Below, piece after piece: positions 21,338 to 31,701 of a DNA stretch of 60,493 nt (position 1 is the stretch's first letter; each line of letters starts with the position of its first letter). Source of the DNA: Candidatus Scatovivens sp. (GTDB lineage: Bacteria > Bacillota > Clostridia > TANB77 > CAG-508); the NCBI GenBank assembly GCA_051891335.1, contig JBJFFD010000048.1, forward strand, positions 1-60,493, read 5' to 3'. The notes under the pieces were generated by a model, which saw nothing but the letters and a program-made list of their open reading frames with translations, did not search any database and had not been told where the DNA came from. The translations under genes were made by a program, and so were the position numbers.

Positions 21338-21970
21338 CTACAATTCCATATCTTCTTCTGCATTATTTTCTAATTCTTCTTGTCTATGTTCTAATTCTAT
21401 GTACCTATCAATCATCTTTAATTGTTCTTCATTATAAGGAAATTTCTCTTCTTCACCATCAAGATTTCCCATATTTCTTTGTAAGTTTCTTAAATCAATT
21501 CCACCTATTATTGTTCCAGCAATCATAATATCTGAAAATCTATCTGTTGGCTTATCATTTTTAAAATGCTCTTGTAACTTTTTATCATTTATTGTACTTT
21601 GTTTAAATTCATATCTCAATTTTTCCATTTCTTTTTGATTTTTTAAATATTCATTAACAGCTACTCTGTCAGTATTATGTGCCATCTCTGATACTTTTGA
21701 ACTTAAATCATATAGCTCTTCTGTTGTTTTTTGCCTACTTGACTTTATATGTCTATTATTCAATACTCTTTCTGTAAATTCTTCTATTGCATCTTGAAAG
21801 CTATAATAATAACTACCAAAATCCCAGCTTTTTGTTTCAATATTAAAATTTGTTGCTATGATGTATTTTTCTGGTGTATCATACATTTTTTCTAATAATG
21901 CTCTATTATCTATATGGGCTAAAATTTTTAATTTACCTAGCGATTTTGTTTCAAATTCATTATATGTCAT
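21338..21970 (-). CDS. Hypothetical ICE protein
   Basis: GGAGG RBS before ATG 21970; YIIA...SWDFGSYY; ends EEDMEL. Confidence 0.7.
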   Translation of the reverse strand: MTYNEFETKSLGKLKILAHIDNRALLEKMYDTPEKYIIATNFNIETKSWDFGSYYYSFQDAIEEFTERVLNNRHIKSSRQKTTEELYDLSSKVSEMAHNTDRVAVNEYLKNQKEMEKLRYEFKQSTINDKKLQEHFKNDKPTDRFSDIMIAGTIIGGIDLRNLQRNMGNLDGEEEKFPYNEEQLKMIDRYIELEHRQEELENNAEEDMEL

Positions 21971-24900
21971 ATTCTTCTTCCTCCTCATCTTCTAAAAATT
22001 CTTCATAATCTTCATCTTCATTTTCTTCGGTTTCTTCTTCCTCTGATATTGCCGATACTGATTTATCTTCATCTAGTTTTAACTCTGTATCTATTTCATT
22101 TTTTCGTTTCAACAATTCTTCTAATTTTTCTTGATATTCAAAAGGCTTTTCTAATTCTTTTTTACATTCTTCTTGCTGTCTATATAAGTCTTTTACTTTT
22201 GATTCTTCATTTTCTATAAGTTCTTCTAACTCATCTAGTTTTTCATTTATCTTCTTAATATTCAAAGTAGGTACTTTTAACATATCAAAACTCATTTCAT
22301 ATTCGCCCTTAATTTTAATTACTTTTCTAGCCTCGCTACTAGCTTGAAATAAATTATCTACACCTAGATTAGTCATTGTTAGTTCAAATCCTCTATACTT
22401 TCCTAATGGATATTCTTTATTAAGTTCCATATATTGATCTGAAAACTCTAATATTTCTGCCCCTGCATCTTTATATGTATGATATACTTTATTATTTATT
22501 TCAATATCGCAATTCTCTTCATCTTGTTTTTCTACTCTCTGTGAAAGTGTATTTTTTAATTTTTCAATTTTTCTTTTACCAGCAGATATAAATTCTGGAA
22601 TAGTCTTTTTTAATGAATCTTCTAATCTAAATTTTGTTGCTTTATATGTTCTCTCCTTATCTTGTAGTTTTTGTACCTCATTGTCTATTTTAAATTTTTC
22701 TAATATCATTGGGTTTCCAGATGCTATTGCTTTTATTTGAGCATAACTCATTACTGAATTATCTAAATCTTCCATATTTCTTATAGATGTATCTCCTCTA
22801 TAAATTTGAGAAATGAACTTTTGCTTTGTTTCTATAAGTTGCCACGAGTAAGCATCAAAACTTTCTTTTGTTACATATCTCACTATATCAACTACTTTAT
22901 TCATATTGCCTTGCCTTAAAATTCTTCCCTCTCTTTGTTCTACATCTGATGGTCGCCACGGTACATCTATGTGATGTAATGCTACAAGTCTATCTTGCAC
23001 ATTTGTACCAGCACCCATTTTTGATGTACTACCTAATAGAACTCTTACATCTCCTGTTCTTACTTTTTTAAATAAACTAGCTTTTTTTGCATCTGTATCA
23101 GCATTATGAATAAACTCTATTTCATTTGCTGGAATACCTTTTTCTACAAGTTTATTTTTTATATCATTATACACATCATATTTACCACTAATTTTTGTTG
23201 GTGTTGACATATCTGAAAATAATAATTGAGTGCCTTTAAAATCCGCACTTTCATTATATATTCTATATACATTATCAACTACTTTATTTACTTTACTTGT
23301 TGCATAGTCATCATACAACTCATCAATTAACCTCATATCAAGTGCAGCTTTTTTTCCCTCATTTGTAATCTTTAACATATTATCAACTTTAGGATTTACA
23401 CCACCATCTTTTATAGCTTTTGATCTTTCTGCTAATGATTGTATGAACTCTTTTATATCTTCAGTTGGCTCACTACTAATAATTGAATATTCATTGTTTT
23501 TTAGTTCTGGTACTGGCAACTTTAACATATCTGGTGTTTGAATATCTGCAACTTCACGAAACATATTCATAAGTTCTGGAATATTATTAAATTTACTAAA
23601 TCTTTCTTGAACTCTATAACCACTTCCGTCTGGTGCTAATTCAAAACTTGATACAACTTCCCCAAATGTACTAGCCCAGTCATCAAAATTTAATAGTCCC
23701 ATATTTGCTAATGTTTGTGGTTGTAAGTATCGTTGCATTGTATATAGCTCTGCCATTGAATTACTTATAGGAGTTCCAGTTGCAAAACACACACCTTTGC
23801 CACCATTTCTTTCAAGCAAATATTGTATCTTCATATACATATCAGATGCTTTTTGACTTCTTGTATGTTGAACTCCTGCTATATCATTCATTTTTGTATA
23901 TACATATAAATTTTTATAGTTGTGTGCCTCATCTATAAATAAATAATCTATACCTAAATCTTCAAAATCTATAACATTATCTTTTTCTTTACTATTTAAA
24001 AGTTGTTCTAACCTTTTTTCTGCATTTCTTTTAGCTGTTTCTAATTGTAATACTGTCCTACTTTTATTTCTTCCATCACTTGCATCTGCTAATGCCATTT
24101 CTATTTGTTGTACTTCATTTCTTATAAACTTTTCTTGTGTTTTTCTGCTAACTGGTATTTTCTCAAAACTACTATGTGCCATAATGATCGCATCATAATC
24201 TCCTGTTGCAATTTTTGATACAAGTTGTCTTCTTCTATCTTTTTGAAAATCTCTTTTTGTCGCAACTAAAATTTTTGCATTAGGGTATAATTTATAAAAT
24301 TCTTTTCCCCAATCTTCCACTAAATGATTCGGAACAGCTATTAAAGGTTTTTTAGCAATTCCTAACCTACGAAGTTCCATACAACTAGCAACCATTTCAA
24401 ATGTTTTTCCTGCACCTACACAATGAGCTAGTAATGTATTATCTTTGCTAAACAATACTCTTGATATTGCATTTTTTTGATGTGGTCTTAAAGTTATATC
24501 ACTAGACATATTTGGGAGGAATAATTTACTACCATCAAACTCTCTTAATCTAATTCTATTGAATTGTTTATTATATAAATTTACAATAACTTCTCGTCTA
24601 TCACTATCTTCAAAAATCCAGTTTTTAAATCTTTCTTTTAATGCCTCTTGTTTCTCTCTTGCAAGTATAGTTTCTTGTCTATTTACAATTCTCTTTTTCC
24701 CCTCTGGGTCTTTTGGGTCTGGATCATATATTGTAGTATGTTTTAAATTAAGTGTATTTTCTAACAAATCAATACCATCTATTCTTTTTGTTCCATATAT
24801 TTGAGTATTTTCAATATTTGAATTCCAAGACTTATTTTCAACTATCCATTTTGATAAATTCTTATTATATGTAATTTCCATATTGTATCTAGCATAATAA

Positions 24901-27900
24901 CTATCTGTTATCTTTAATGTTTCTTTTGCAAATTGTGTTATATATTCCTCTGGTATCCAAGTCGCACCTAAATTGATTTCAATATCACTTGCCTCTAATC
25001 TTGGTGGCTGTACTTCTTTTAATGCCCTTACATTTTCTAAATATCTATCATCTTCTTTTGCAAATGATTCTGCCTCTGCTAATTTATCTACTACATACCC
25101 ACTCAAATACTCTTCAGCTGTTTCCCAACCTTTTGTGATATCATTATCTATTGAGTGTTTTACTGTTAATGGATTTCTAAAAATCTTACCTTTTAATTCC
25201 TCTATAACTTCATCTATATCTTTATCGCATAACTGACTTATATACTTGATATTTATCTTACCTAGTTGATTTAATGATGCAATAAGTGCCTCTTCTGCTG
25301 TATCTGTATGTGTAATTTCTTTATATGGCTGTATAGTTCTTTTATAAAAAATATCTCTTTTTTCATATTCTTTTGTTTCTTCATTATAATCTTCTAATGC
25401 TGTAAGTAATGGGTATTCTGTATCTTCTCTAAAAGCATTTTTATTTGCACCACTACTTATATAACCATATCTTTTCACAAAATTATCGTACTCTTTATTA
25501 AGTTTCTCAATATATGGCTGTACCTCTTCATCTGTTACATTTCCACTTTGTATCTCTATTAAATCTCTTAATGTATTTCTAATTCCAATTAAGCCCTTTA
25601 TTCTTTCAGCAAGTATTCCTATGCTACTAACTTCTCTCATTATAGAATTTTCTCTATAATAAATTTTATTATCTATCAAAGTATAAGTAAAATTTTTCAC
25701 ACCATCTTCAGCTGGAATATAATTTATTTCTTCTTGCTCTTTTACTTGCTTTATTTGATTCTCTGGAAATACATTTTGAGGAAGTTTGTTTATTGCCTCT
25801 GTTAGCATTTCTTCTAAATTTCCATCTTTTAAGACTACATCTAAATCAGCACCAAATTGATTTGTTGTTTCTTTTAACTCTCCCATTATCATTTCTGGGT
25901 GGTCAAGAAAATATTGATTTATATGAACATCTGTGAAATATTCTTCTGTATTTACCCAACTAGGCATTTCTTCTCTCATCTTTTCTCGTTTCTGTAAGAA
26001 AATTATATCTGTTGTAACCTCTGTATTAGGAAAAGCATTTTTAGGTAATCTTATTGCACCTAACAAATCTGCTCTTTTTGCTAAATACTCTCTTATTTCT
26101 GGTGTCATTTTATCCATTGTATTTTTTGTAGTTATAAAAGCAACTACACCGCCAACTTTTACTTTATCTAGTGATTTTGCGAAAAAGTAATCGTGTATTT
26201 TAAAATTCTCTTTGCTGTAATCTTTATCAAAAACACCATAATTACCAAATGGAACATTTGAAATTGCTACATCATAAAAATTATTTTCTAGCTCTGTTTT
26301 TTCAAATGGCTTTATTTGTATATTTTCCTTTTGATATAGTTGTTTTAAAATTCTTCCTGTTATTGTTTCTATTTCTATTGCTGTAAATTTACTTTGCATA
26401 TTAGGCTGATGTTGTAATCTACCTATAAAATTACCTATTCCGTGCAGATGGCTCTAATATATTTCCACCTTTAAATCCCAAACGAGCTAAACCTAAATAC
26501 ATACAATCTATTATTTCTGGATTTGTATAAAAAGCATTTAAAGAACTTGATTTTGCCTCTGCCATTTCTTCCTCTGTTAATAGATTTCTTACTTCTATAT
26601 TTTGTACTTGCCATTCTCCAGCTCTTGTATCAAATACTCTTGAAAGTCCTCCCCAACCACTATATTTAGCTAATGTTTCTTGTTCTTCTTTTGTAGCTAG
26701 TTTGCCTTGACTTTCTATTTCTTTTAATAACTTTATTGCTATTATATTATCATTTGCTCTTTGTCTTGCATTTATAGTTTCCTTCTGTTGCTCGTGTGGT
26801 ATTGTATAATTTATTTTTTCTGTTTGTTCTTCTATTATTTCTTCACTTTGAGCTATTAAATTTGATTTTGTATATTCCAAAACAAATTCATCTAAATCCA
26901 TATCTTTAATAAGTGGAAATGAAGTATCAGGTCTTTGATCATATAATCTGATTTTTTTTCTTTCTATATTTATGCTTTTTATTTGGTATTCTATATCTTC
27001 TATAAAAATATTTTTATCAACTAAATCTTTAATAAAATCATATTTTGAATTATCTTCTGGCTCTATAAATTCTTCTTGTTGATATGATAAATTTAAAAGT
27101 GTTTCAAATCCAAGTTGTTCATTTTCAATTTGAAATACCTTTTTCATTTTTTTAACTACTTCTGCCCAACTTAATGTTATTTGTGCATTTGTAGTTTTAT
27201 CTGTTATAGTTAATCCTTTTGCTCTTGATTCCCAACTATACTCATTATTAGAAATTCCTGCATCTCCATACTCGTTTCTAGTTGCTACTATTTGTTCTTT
27301 TGTAGTTAAAGTATTATCTTTTAAAATATCTTTAAGTCTTTTTACAGAGTCTTGAACATTACCACCCTTTTCTAAAACTTTATTTATAAGTTCTTCTGAT
27401 ACTTCATTTTTTACAAAAGAAAAAGAAGTAGATTTTTCTACCTCTTCATTGTTTTCTTCTAAATTTTCTCTTCCAACATTGGTTGTAACAACTCTGCTAT
27501 CAAGCTCTCTATGTATTGGTTGTATTTCGCCATCACTATGAACTCGCTCGTTTTTGGTGCTGGATTCTGTTCCTTTGCTTGTTTTTCTATTATATCTCTC
27601 TGTTTCAATATCTCTTGTTCCCTCTCTAATAATCTGTCCATTAATGTCCCCTCTATCGTTAGTTCGCTGTATCTCATTGGATATAGCTCCTTCATGTTTT
27701 TCTTCACTATCACTCCATATCTTCCTAGTGTTGCCATACTTCGATTCCTCCTTTTTAATTTCTTTCATTTTATATTCAATTATTTTTAATAACTCTGATG
27801 AGCAATGATTTATGCAATTTCCTATAATATTCATTGCTGTTGAATTTGCAAATGTTTCAAATTCTGCAAATATTCTTTCTGTATTATCTATTTCAATACC

Positions 27901-28479
27901 ACATCTTGTTGCGACTTGATATGTAGTATTTTTTATCATTAGTTCTAAAAACTCTGGCTTTAATACCATTTGTTCTTCTTCATCTGTTAAATTTAATAAT
28001 AATTCACTATCGTCTATCGCTGTCGCCATATAATCTGCAACTATTGTTTCTAACTTATCAATATTTTCATTATTAAAATAAGTATTTAATATTTGTACTA
28101 CTTGTTCTTCTGTTGCTTTCCATTTAAAAATTTGTAATCTTTCATCTGTGTAAGCATTAGGTATATCTTTTCTTGCATAAGTATCACTCACATCAAAAAC
28201 ATAATCTAGTGCTATTTCGTTTTCTGTATCTCTTAATATTTTCATACTTGTTGAGTGTGGTTTTACCCATCTACCAATAGAATTCCATTCTTCTAATGTT
28301 GCACACATTGTTACATTTGGATTTTGAGCAAACATAAGTAGATTTTCTGTGAAAGAATATTTATAAAATCTTGATGAGAACTCTAAAAATTCTTTCCATT
28401 TATTTTTATCACTACTAATCTGTTGCATTATATTTTTATATGTATCTTTTGCTTTGTTTAAATTTTCTTTTCTACCCAA
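21960..28479 (-). CDS. Giant ArdC-like / N6-adenine methyltransferase / SNF2 helicase fusion (DarB-like), about 2172 aa, +1 shift at CGG 26442
   Basis: FYKYSF...FAQ N-terminus. GCA-C-GGA restores MTase motif I (EPSA-G-IGNF). Also NVPFG, GAGKT, DEAH, TGTP and [11 protein letters not shown]. Confidence 0.9.
27459..27737 (-). CDS. tnpV: TnpV-family protein nested out of frame inside the helicase gene
   Basis: LGRYG...[18 protein letters not shown] resembles TnpV (GKYG..YLKE.P..Y..L...G.L); AAGGAGGA RBS 8 nt upstream. Confidence 0.7.
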   Translation of the reverse strand: MATLGRYGVIVKKNMKELYPMRYSELTIEGTLMDRLLEREQEILKQRDIIEKQAKEQNPAPKTSEFIVMAKYNQYIESLIAELLQPMLEEKI

Positions 28480-28522
28480 GTTATACTCCTTTCTTCAAAG
28501 GGTAGCTTTTCAATACCAGTAT

Positions 28523-28563
28523 CTATATATATTATAATAAATACTTAATATAAAAGTCTAACC
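28523..28563 (-). promoter_or_regulatory. Promoter of the helicase/transfer operon (GGTTAGACTT...TATAATATATATAG)
   Basis: TAGACT-18-TATAAT; matches the motif at 5313-5353. Confidence 0.55.
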
Positions 28564-28580
28564 AAATTGATTTTTAATAT

Positions 28581-28618
28581 AAAAATAGTGGAAGTTTCTT
28601 TTCCTAAACTCCCACTAT
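28581..28618 (-). terminator. Terminator hairpin
   Basis: ATAGTGGGAGTTT...AAACTTCCACTAT followed by TTTT on the minus strand. Confidence 0.65.
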
Positions 28619-28661
28619 ACTAATTATACTATGTATTTTTCAATATACAAGCCCAACTTTT

Positions 28662-28704
28662 AAAACCCTATTTTTAAAACCCTATTTTCAAAACCCTATT
28701 TTTT
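28662..28704. repeat. Three 14-bp direct repeats AAAACCCTATTTT(T/C)
   Basis: Read directly; copies start at 28662, 28676 and 28690. Confidence 0.85.
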
Positions 28705-28714
28705 AGTATAATAT

Positions 28715-29152
28715 TTAAAGTCTGTCTATTTTAATAATATTTTTATCTATTGCTAATATTGCAACTTCTAATATAAACTCATTACTCCAATTTCTCAAAG
28801 TATTTGGTGGCAAACTTAATATTTCTATTATTACTTCATTACACATATTATCTTGAAATTTATATTTTAATGCTTGTCCTTTATATTTATCTTCGCTTTC
28901 TGATTCTTCAAATACATAATCTATTATATTTTTCCACTCTTTTAATTCTGATATTTTTTTATCTATGTTTAAATTTTTAATCGCTTGTATTTCTGTATTA
29001 CAAGAAATACTATTTTTGCTTTTTATAAAAGAATTAACATCTTTTTTTGCACCTGTTTCCTTTTTTTCTTTTAATCCATTTATTATTTCATCATAATTGC
29101 TATAATTTCTAGCCATTCTCCTTACTATCGATTTAACTTTATTTATTTTCAT
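28715..29152 (-). CDS. RinA/ArpU-like (sigma region-4-like) transcriptional activator
   Basis: C-terminal ALKYKF...EVIIEILSLPPNTLRNW HTH-like segment; GGAGG RBS. Confidence 0.55.
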   Translation of the reverse strand: MKINKVKSIVRRMARNYSNYDEIINGLKEKKETGAKKDVNSFIKSKNSISCNTEIQAIKNLNIDKKISELKEWKNIIDYVFEESESEDKYKGQALKYKFQDNMCNEVIIEILSLPPNTLRNWSNEFILEVAILAIDKNIIKIDRL

Positions 29153-29165
29153 ATTGCACCTCCAG

Positions 29166-29432
29166 CTAATTTTCTTCAAATATGTCATTTAATATTTCTT
29201 CATACTCTTCATTTTTCATAATTTCTTCATCAAGCATTTCTTCTGTTATACTTAATTTTTCTTTTGTATGTATTAGCTCTTGTGCAATTTCTTCTATATT
29301 ATTAAACTTTTTAAATCCTTGTTTATTGTATCCCTCAAAAATTACAATAATTTCATCTTCTGCCATTAATAAATATCCTTTTATTGTTTCTTCTAACTCT
29401 ACATCTATAAAATCTAATCTTTTTACTATCAT
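29166..29432 (-). CDS. Hypothetical acidic protein
   Basis: 88 aa, GGAGG RBS, in the operon. Confidence 0.65.
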   Translation of the reverse strand: MIVKRLDFIDVELEETIKGYLLMAEDEIIVIFEGYNKQGFKKFNNIEEIAQELIHTKEKLSITEEMLDEEIMKNEEYEEILNDIFEEN

Positions 29433-29444
29433 ACTTAATTCCTC

Positions 29445-30161
29445 CTAATTTGCATAAAATTGTTCAAAGAACTCATCAGGATAAGTTCTTTGTTCATAAT
29501 TTTTATAATTATTTATATTTTTGTTATTCTTTGTTTCTTTTTGTACCCTTTTTTCAATCTCATTTACTCTTAATATAACCCATCTCTTAATTGTGTCGTA
29601 ATCACTAACATATTGAACACCTTTTGAATTTTTATATAAAGAAAGTTCTTCTATACATTTATTTGTTTTTTCTGTTCCATATTCTTGTATCAAACTCTCA
29701 TACTCATATTCGTATAAATAAACATTTTTATTAAATATTTTTTTCTGCTGTGTGTGAGTGTTTATATTATTAGTTATTATATTATTCTCTTCTATTTTTT
29801 GATGTATAGACTCTACATTATTTAATGTAGAGGGGTATCTATTATTTAATGTATAGGGAGCATCATTTATATAGATTCTTCTTTGAATAACCTCTTTTTT
29901 ATCATTCCTAATTATTTCTACTACAACATAATTAAGCTCTCTTAATTCTTTAATCCAACTTGAAATTGTTTTAGGATCTACCTTAAATTTTTCCCCAAAG
30001 TAATTATTACTTGCATAACAATATCCCTCTTTATTAGCAAGTGATGTTATAGCACCATATAAGAGCTTTACATTAGGTTTTAAATTCTCATTAAATAGTA
30101 TTCTTGTAGGAATTACAGAATAATGCCCCATATTGTTTTCATTCTCTTCCACTATGCTCAC
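29445..30161 (-). CDS. Phage-type replication initiator-like HTH protein
   Basis: YSVIP..IL...L....KLLYG.I.SL.NKEGYCYASNNY...KTISSWIKEL; internal repeats and palindrome at 29811-29853. Confidence 0.75.
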   Translation of the reverse strand: MSIVEENENNMGHYSVIPTRILFNENLKPNVKLLYGAITSLANKEGYCYASNNYFGEKFKVDPKTISSWIKELRELNYVVVEIIRNDKKEVIQRRIYINDAPYTLNNRYPSTLNNVESIHQKIEENNIITNNINTHTQQKKIFNKNVYLYEYEYESLIQEYGTEKTNKCIEELSLYKNSKGVQYVSDYDTIKRWVILRVNEIEKRVQKETKNNKNINNYKNYEQRTYPDEFFEQFYAN

Positions 30162-30250
30162 TCTCCTTTGCTACTATCAGCATACAATGGAGCAATAATG
30201 TTAAAGTTCCTCCTATAATTCCACCTATTAACATTCCTAACCAAAACATT

Positions 30251-30661
30251 TTACATACCTCCTATTCCTGCTTTTTTAAATTGTTTATAAAAAAAAGACA
30301 CTACCATATTGGTAATGTCTTTTTGCTGTTTATTGCTATATCCTAAAACTCGTTTTATTTCTAATGGACTAGCTTTATCAAAATATTTCATCTTTATAAA
30401 TTCATATCTCTTTGAATTTCTGCTTTTAAATACTTTTAGATAATGAACTATTATTGTTTTTGCTTTTCTTAAATTATATATTTTCCTATTATCTGCAAGT
30501 TTTATAGCTTGTTCTTCAACAGAATTCTTTCCAATTAAATGAGAATGTGTACTTATATTTACACTTTCTATAATCCTTTCTCTAATCTCATCTATTTTAT
30601 TATCTATATTTTTATAATTATATAAATAATATTCTACTTTTTTAAATACCTTTTCTTTCAT
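30251..30661 (-). CDS. RinA/ArpU-like transcriptional activator
   Basis: FKKVEYYLYNY...FIKMKYFDK...IKRVLGYS; AAAGGAGG RBS. Confidence 0.6.
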   Translation of the reverse strand: MKEKVFKKVEYYLYNYKNIDNKIDEIRERIIESVNISTHSHLIGKNSVEEQAIKLADNRKIYNLRKAKTIIVHYLKVFKSRNSKRYEFIKMKYFDKASPLEIKRVLGYSNKQQKDITNMVVSFFYKQFKKAGIGGM

Positions 30662-30921
30662 TATTTCCTCCTTTCATAGAAAAAAAGCATCCTAAGATGC
30701 TTTTTTAATGTAAAGATATTTTTAAATTTTTTATTCGCTCTGTGGTCGGTAGACATGTAGACCACATACCACCCCTATTTTTTTGTCAAATAATTTTATG
30801 TATTTTTTTAAAAATTTAATGATTTTTTAATATTTTTTTGTTTATTTCATTTCGCCCAAAGCTCTTGATTTTATGCTGTTTTAGCGATTTATTTCAAACA
30901 CATCAACGCACAACACTCAAC

Positions 30922-31701
30922 GTGGTTGGTATTAGTGGAACATCACACACAGGAAAGTTGCATTGTTATTATAGTTGCAAAGGTACTTGGCAACATAAAT
31001 GTAATAGAAAAAATGTACAAAAAGACTATATAGAAGATTTAGTAGTAGAACAAGCAAGGAATATGCTTACGACTAAAAATATCAATAGGATTGCAAAAAT
31101 AGTTGCAAAAATTGCAGAAAAAGACAAAGACAATACAAGAATAAATCAATTAGAAAAATCACTAAAAGAAATTGACAAACAAAAAGCAAATTTATTTGAT
31201 AGTCTTAAAGTTTGTTATAATAATGATGTTAGACAATCCATATTTGAAGAAATGTCAAAAATGGACAAAGAAAAAATTGAACTACAAAAAATAATTGCAT
31301 TAGAAAAGGCTACATATATTGAAATAACTGAACCACAGATTAAGTTTTTCTTAAAAAATCTAAAAAATGGAAAAATAAATAACACAAAGTATAGACAAAT
31401 GCTAATAAATGTGCTAATATACAAAGTATATTTGTATGATGATAATTTAACAATTATTTATAATACACAAGATAGGACATTTACAACCAAAATACCAACT
31501 ATTGCCCAAGTCGAAAATATATTTTTTGAAAATAAAGGCATGATTAGTGATATGAATAATAAGAATATTGGTTCATATTTGGGTAAGAATGTCCTGCCAA
31601 AATTTATTCTTAAGGTAATTCTTACCTTAATTTTTATTTTTCTAAAAGGAAACTTTTTATGTCTAAAAAATCTTTATATCTATTTTTTTCTATCTTATTA
31701 A
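30922..31701 (+). pseudogene. C-terminal fragment of a large serine recombinase (Zn-ribbon half plus coiled coil); catalytic N-terminus absent
   Basis: VGISGTSHTGK.H.YYSC...C.RKNV.KDYIEDLV and LINVLIYKVYLYDD motifs; no resolvase domain, first CxxC or RBS upstream. Confidence 0.75.
31570..31630 (+). other. Candidate att junction: tRNA-3'-end-like GGTTC...GTCCTGCCA followed by a hairpin
   Basis: CCA-ending motif near the end of the recombinase frame (GSYLGKNVLP), then TTAAGGTAA-TTC-TTACCTTAA and a T run. Confidence 0.5.

Larger units (their letters stand above)
1250..31600 (-). mobile_element. Integrative conjugative element (Firmicutes T4SS, serine recombinase type); left border not located
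   Basis: VirB4, VirD4, VirB6-like, PrgI, pilins, M23 hydrolase, relaxase, ParB, MTase-SNF2 helicase, Rep-like, recombinase remnant, att-like sequence at 31570-31599. Confidence 0.9.

Noticed and set aside
3133-26433. Stop-codon reassignment or read-through as the explanation for split ORFs
   Set aside because: The fragments lie in different frames and end in TAA, TAG and TGA alike, so a frame change is required.
1355-28479. Reading the split ICE genes as ordinary pseudogenes
   Set aside because: Random decay would give mixed +1/-1 indels, mostly in A/T runs, plus nonsense codons. All 11 ICE breaks are the same C-GGN event and catalytic motifs are intact.
28662-28704. CRISPR array
   Set aside because: The 14-bp repeats are contiguous with no spacers, and no cas genes are in the window.
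30838-30921. ORF-track N-terminus (MFISFRPKLL...) as the real recombinase start
   Set aside because: No RBS and no resemblance to a resolvase domain; it looks like non-coding sequence that happens to be open.
31570-31599. Complete tRNA gene
   Set aside because: Only a 3'-end-like remnant is present, with no cloverleaf upstream. I saw no tRNA or rRNA gene in the window, so the decoding tRNA cannot be assessed here.
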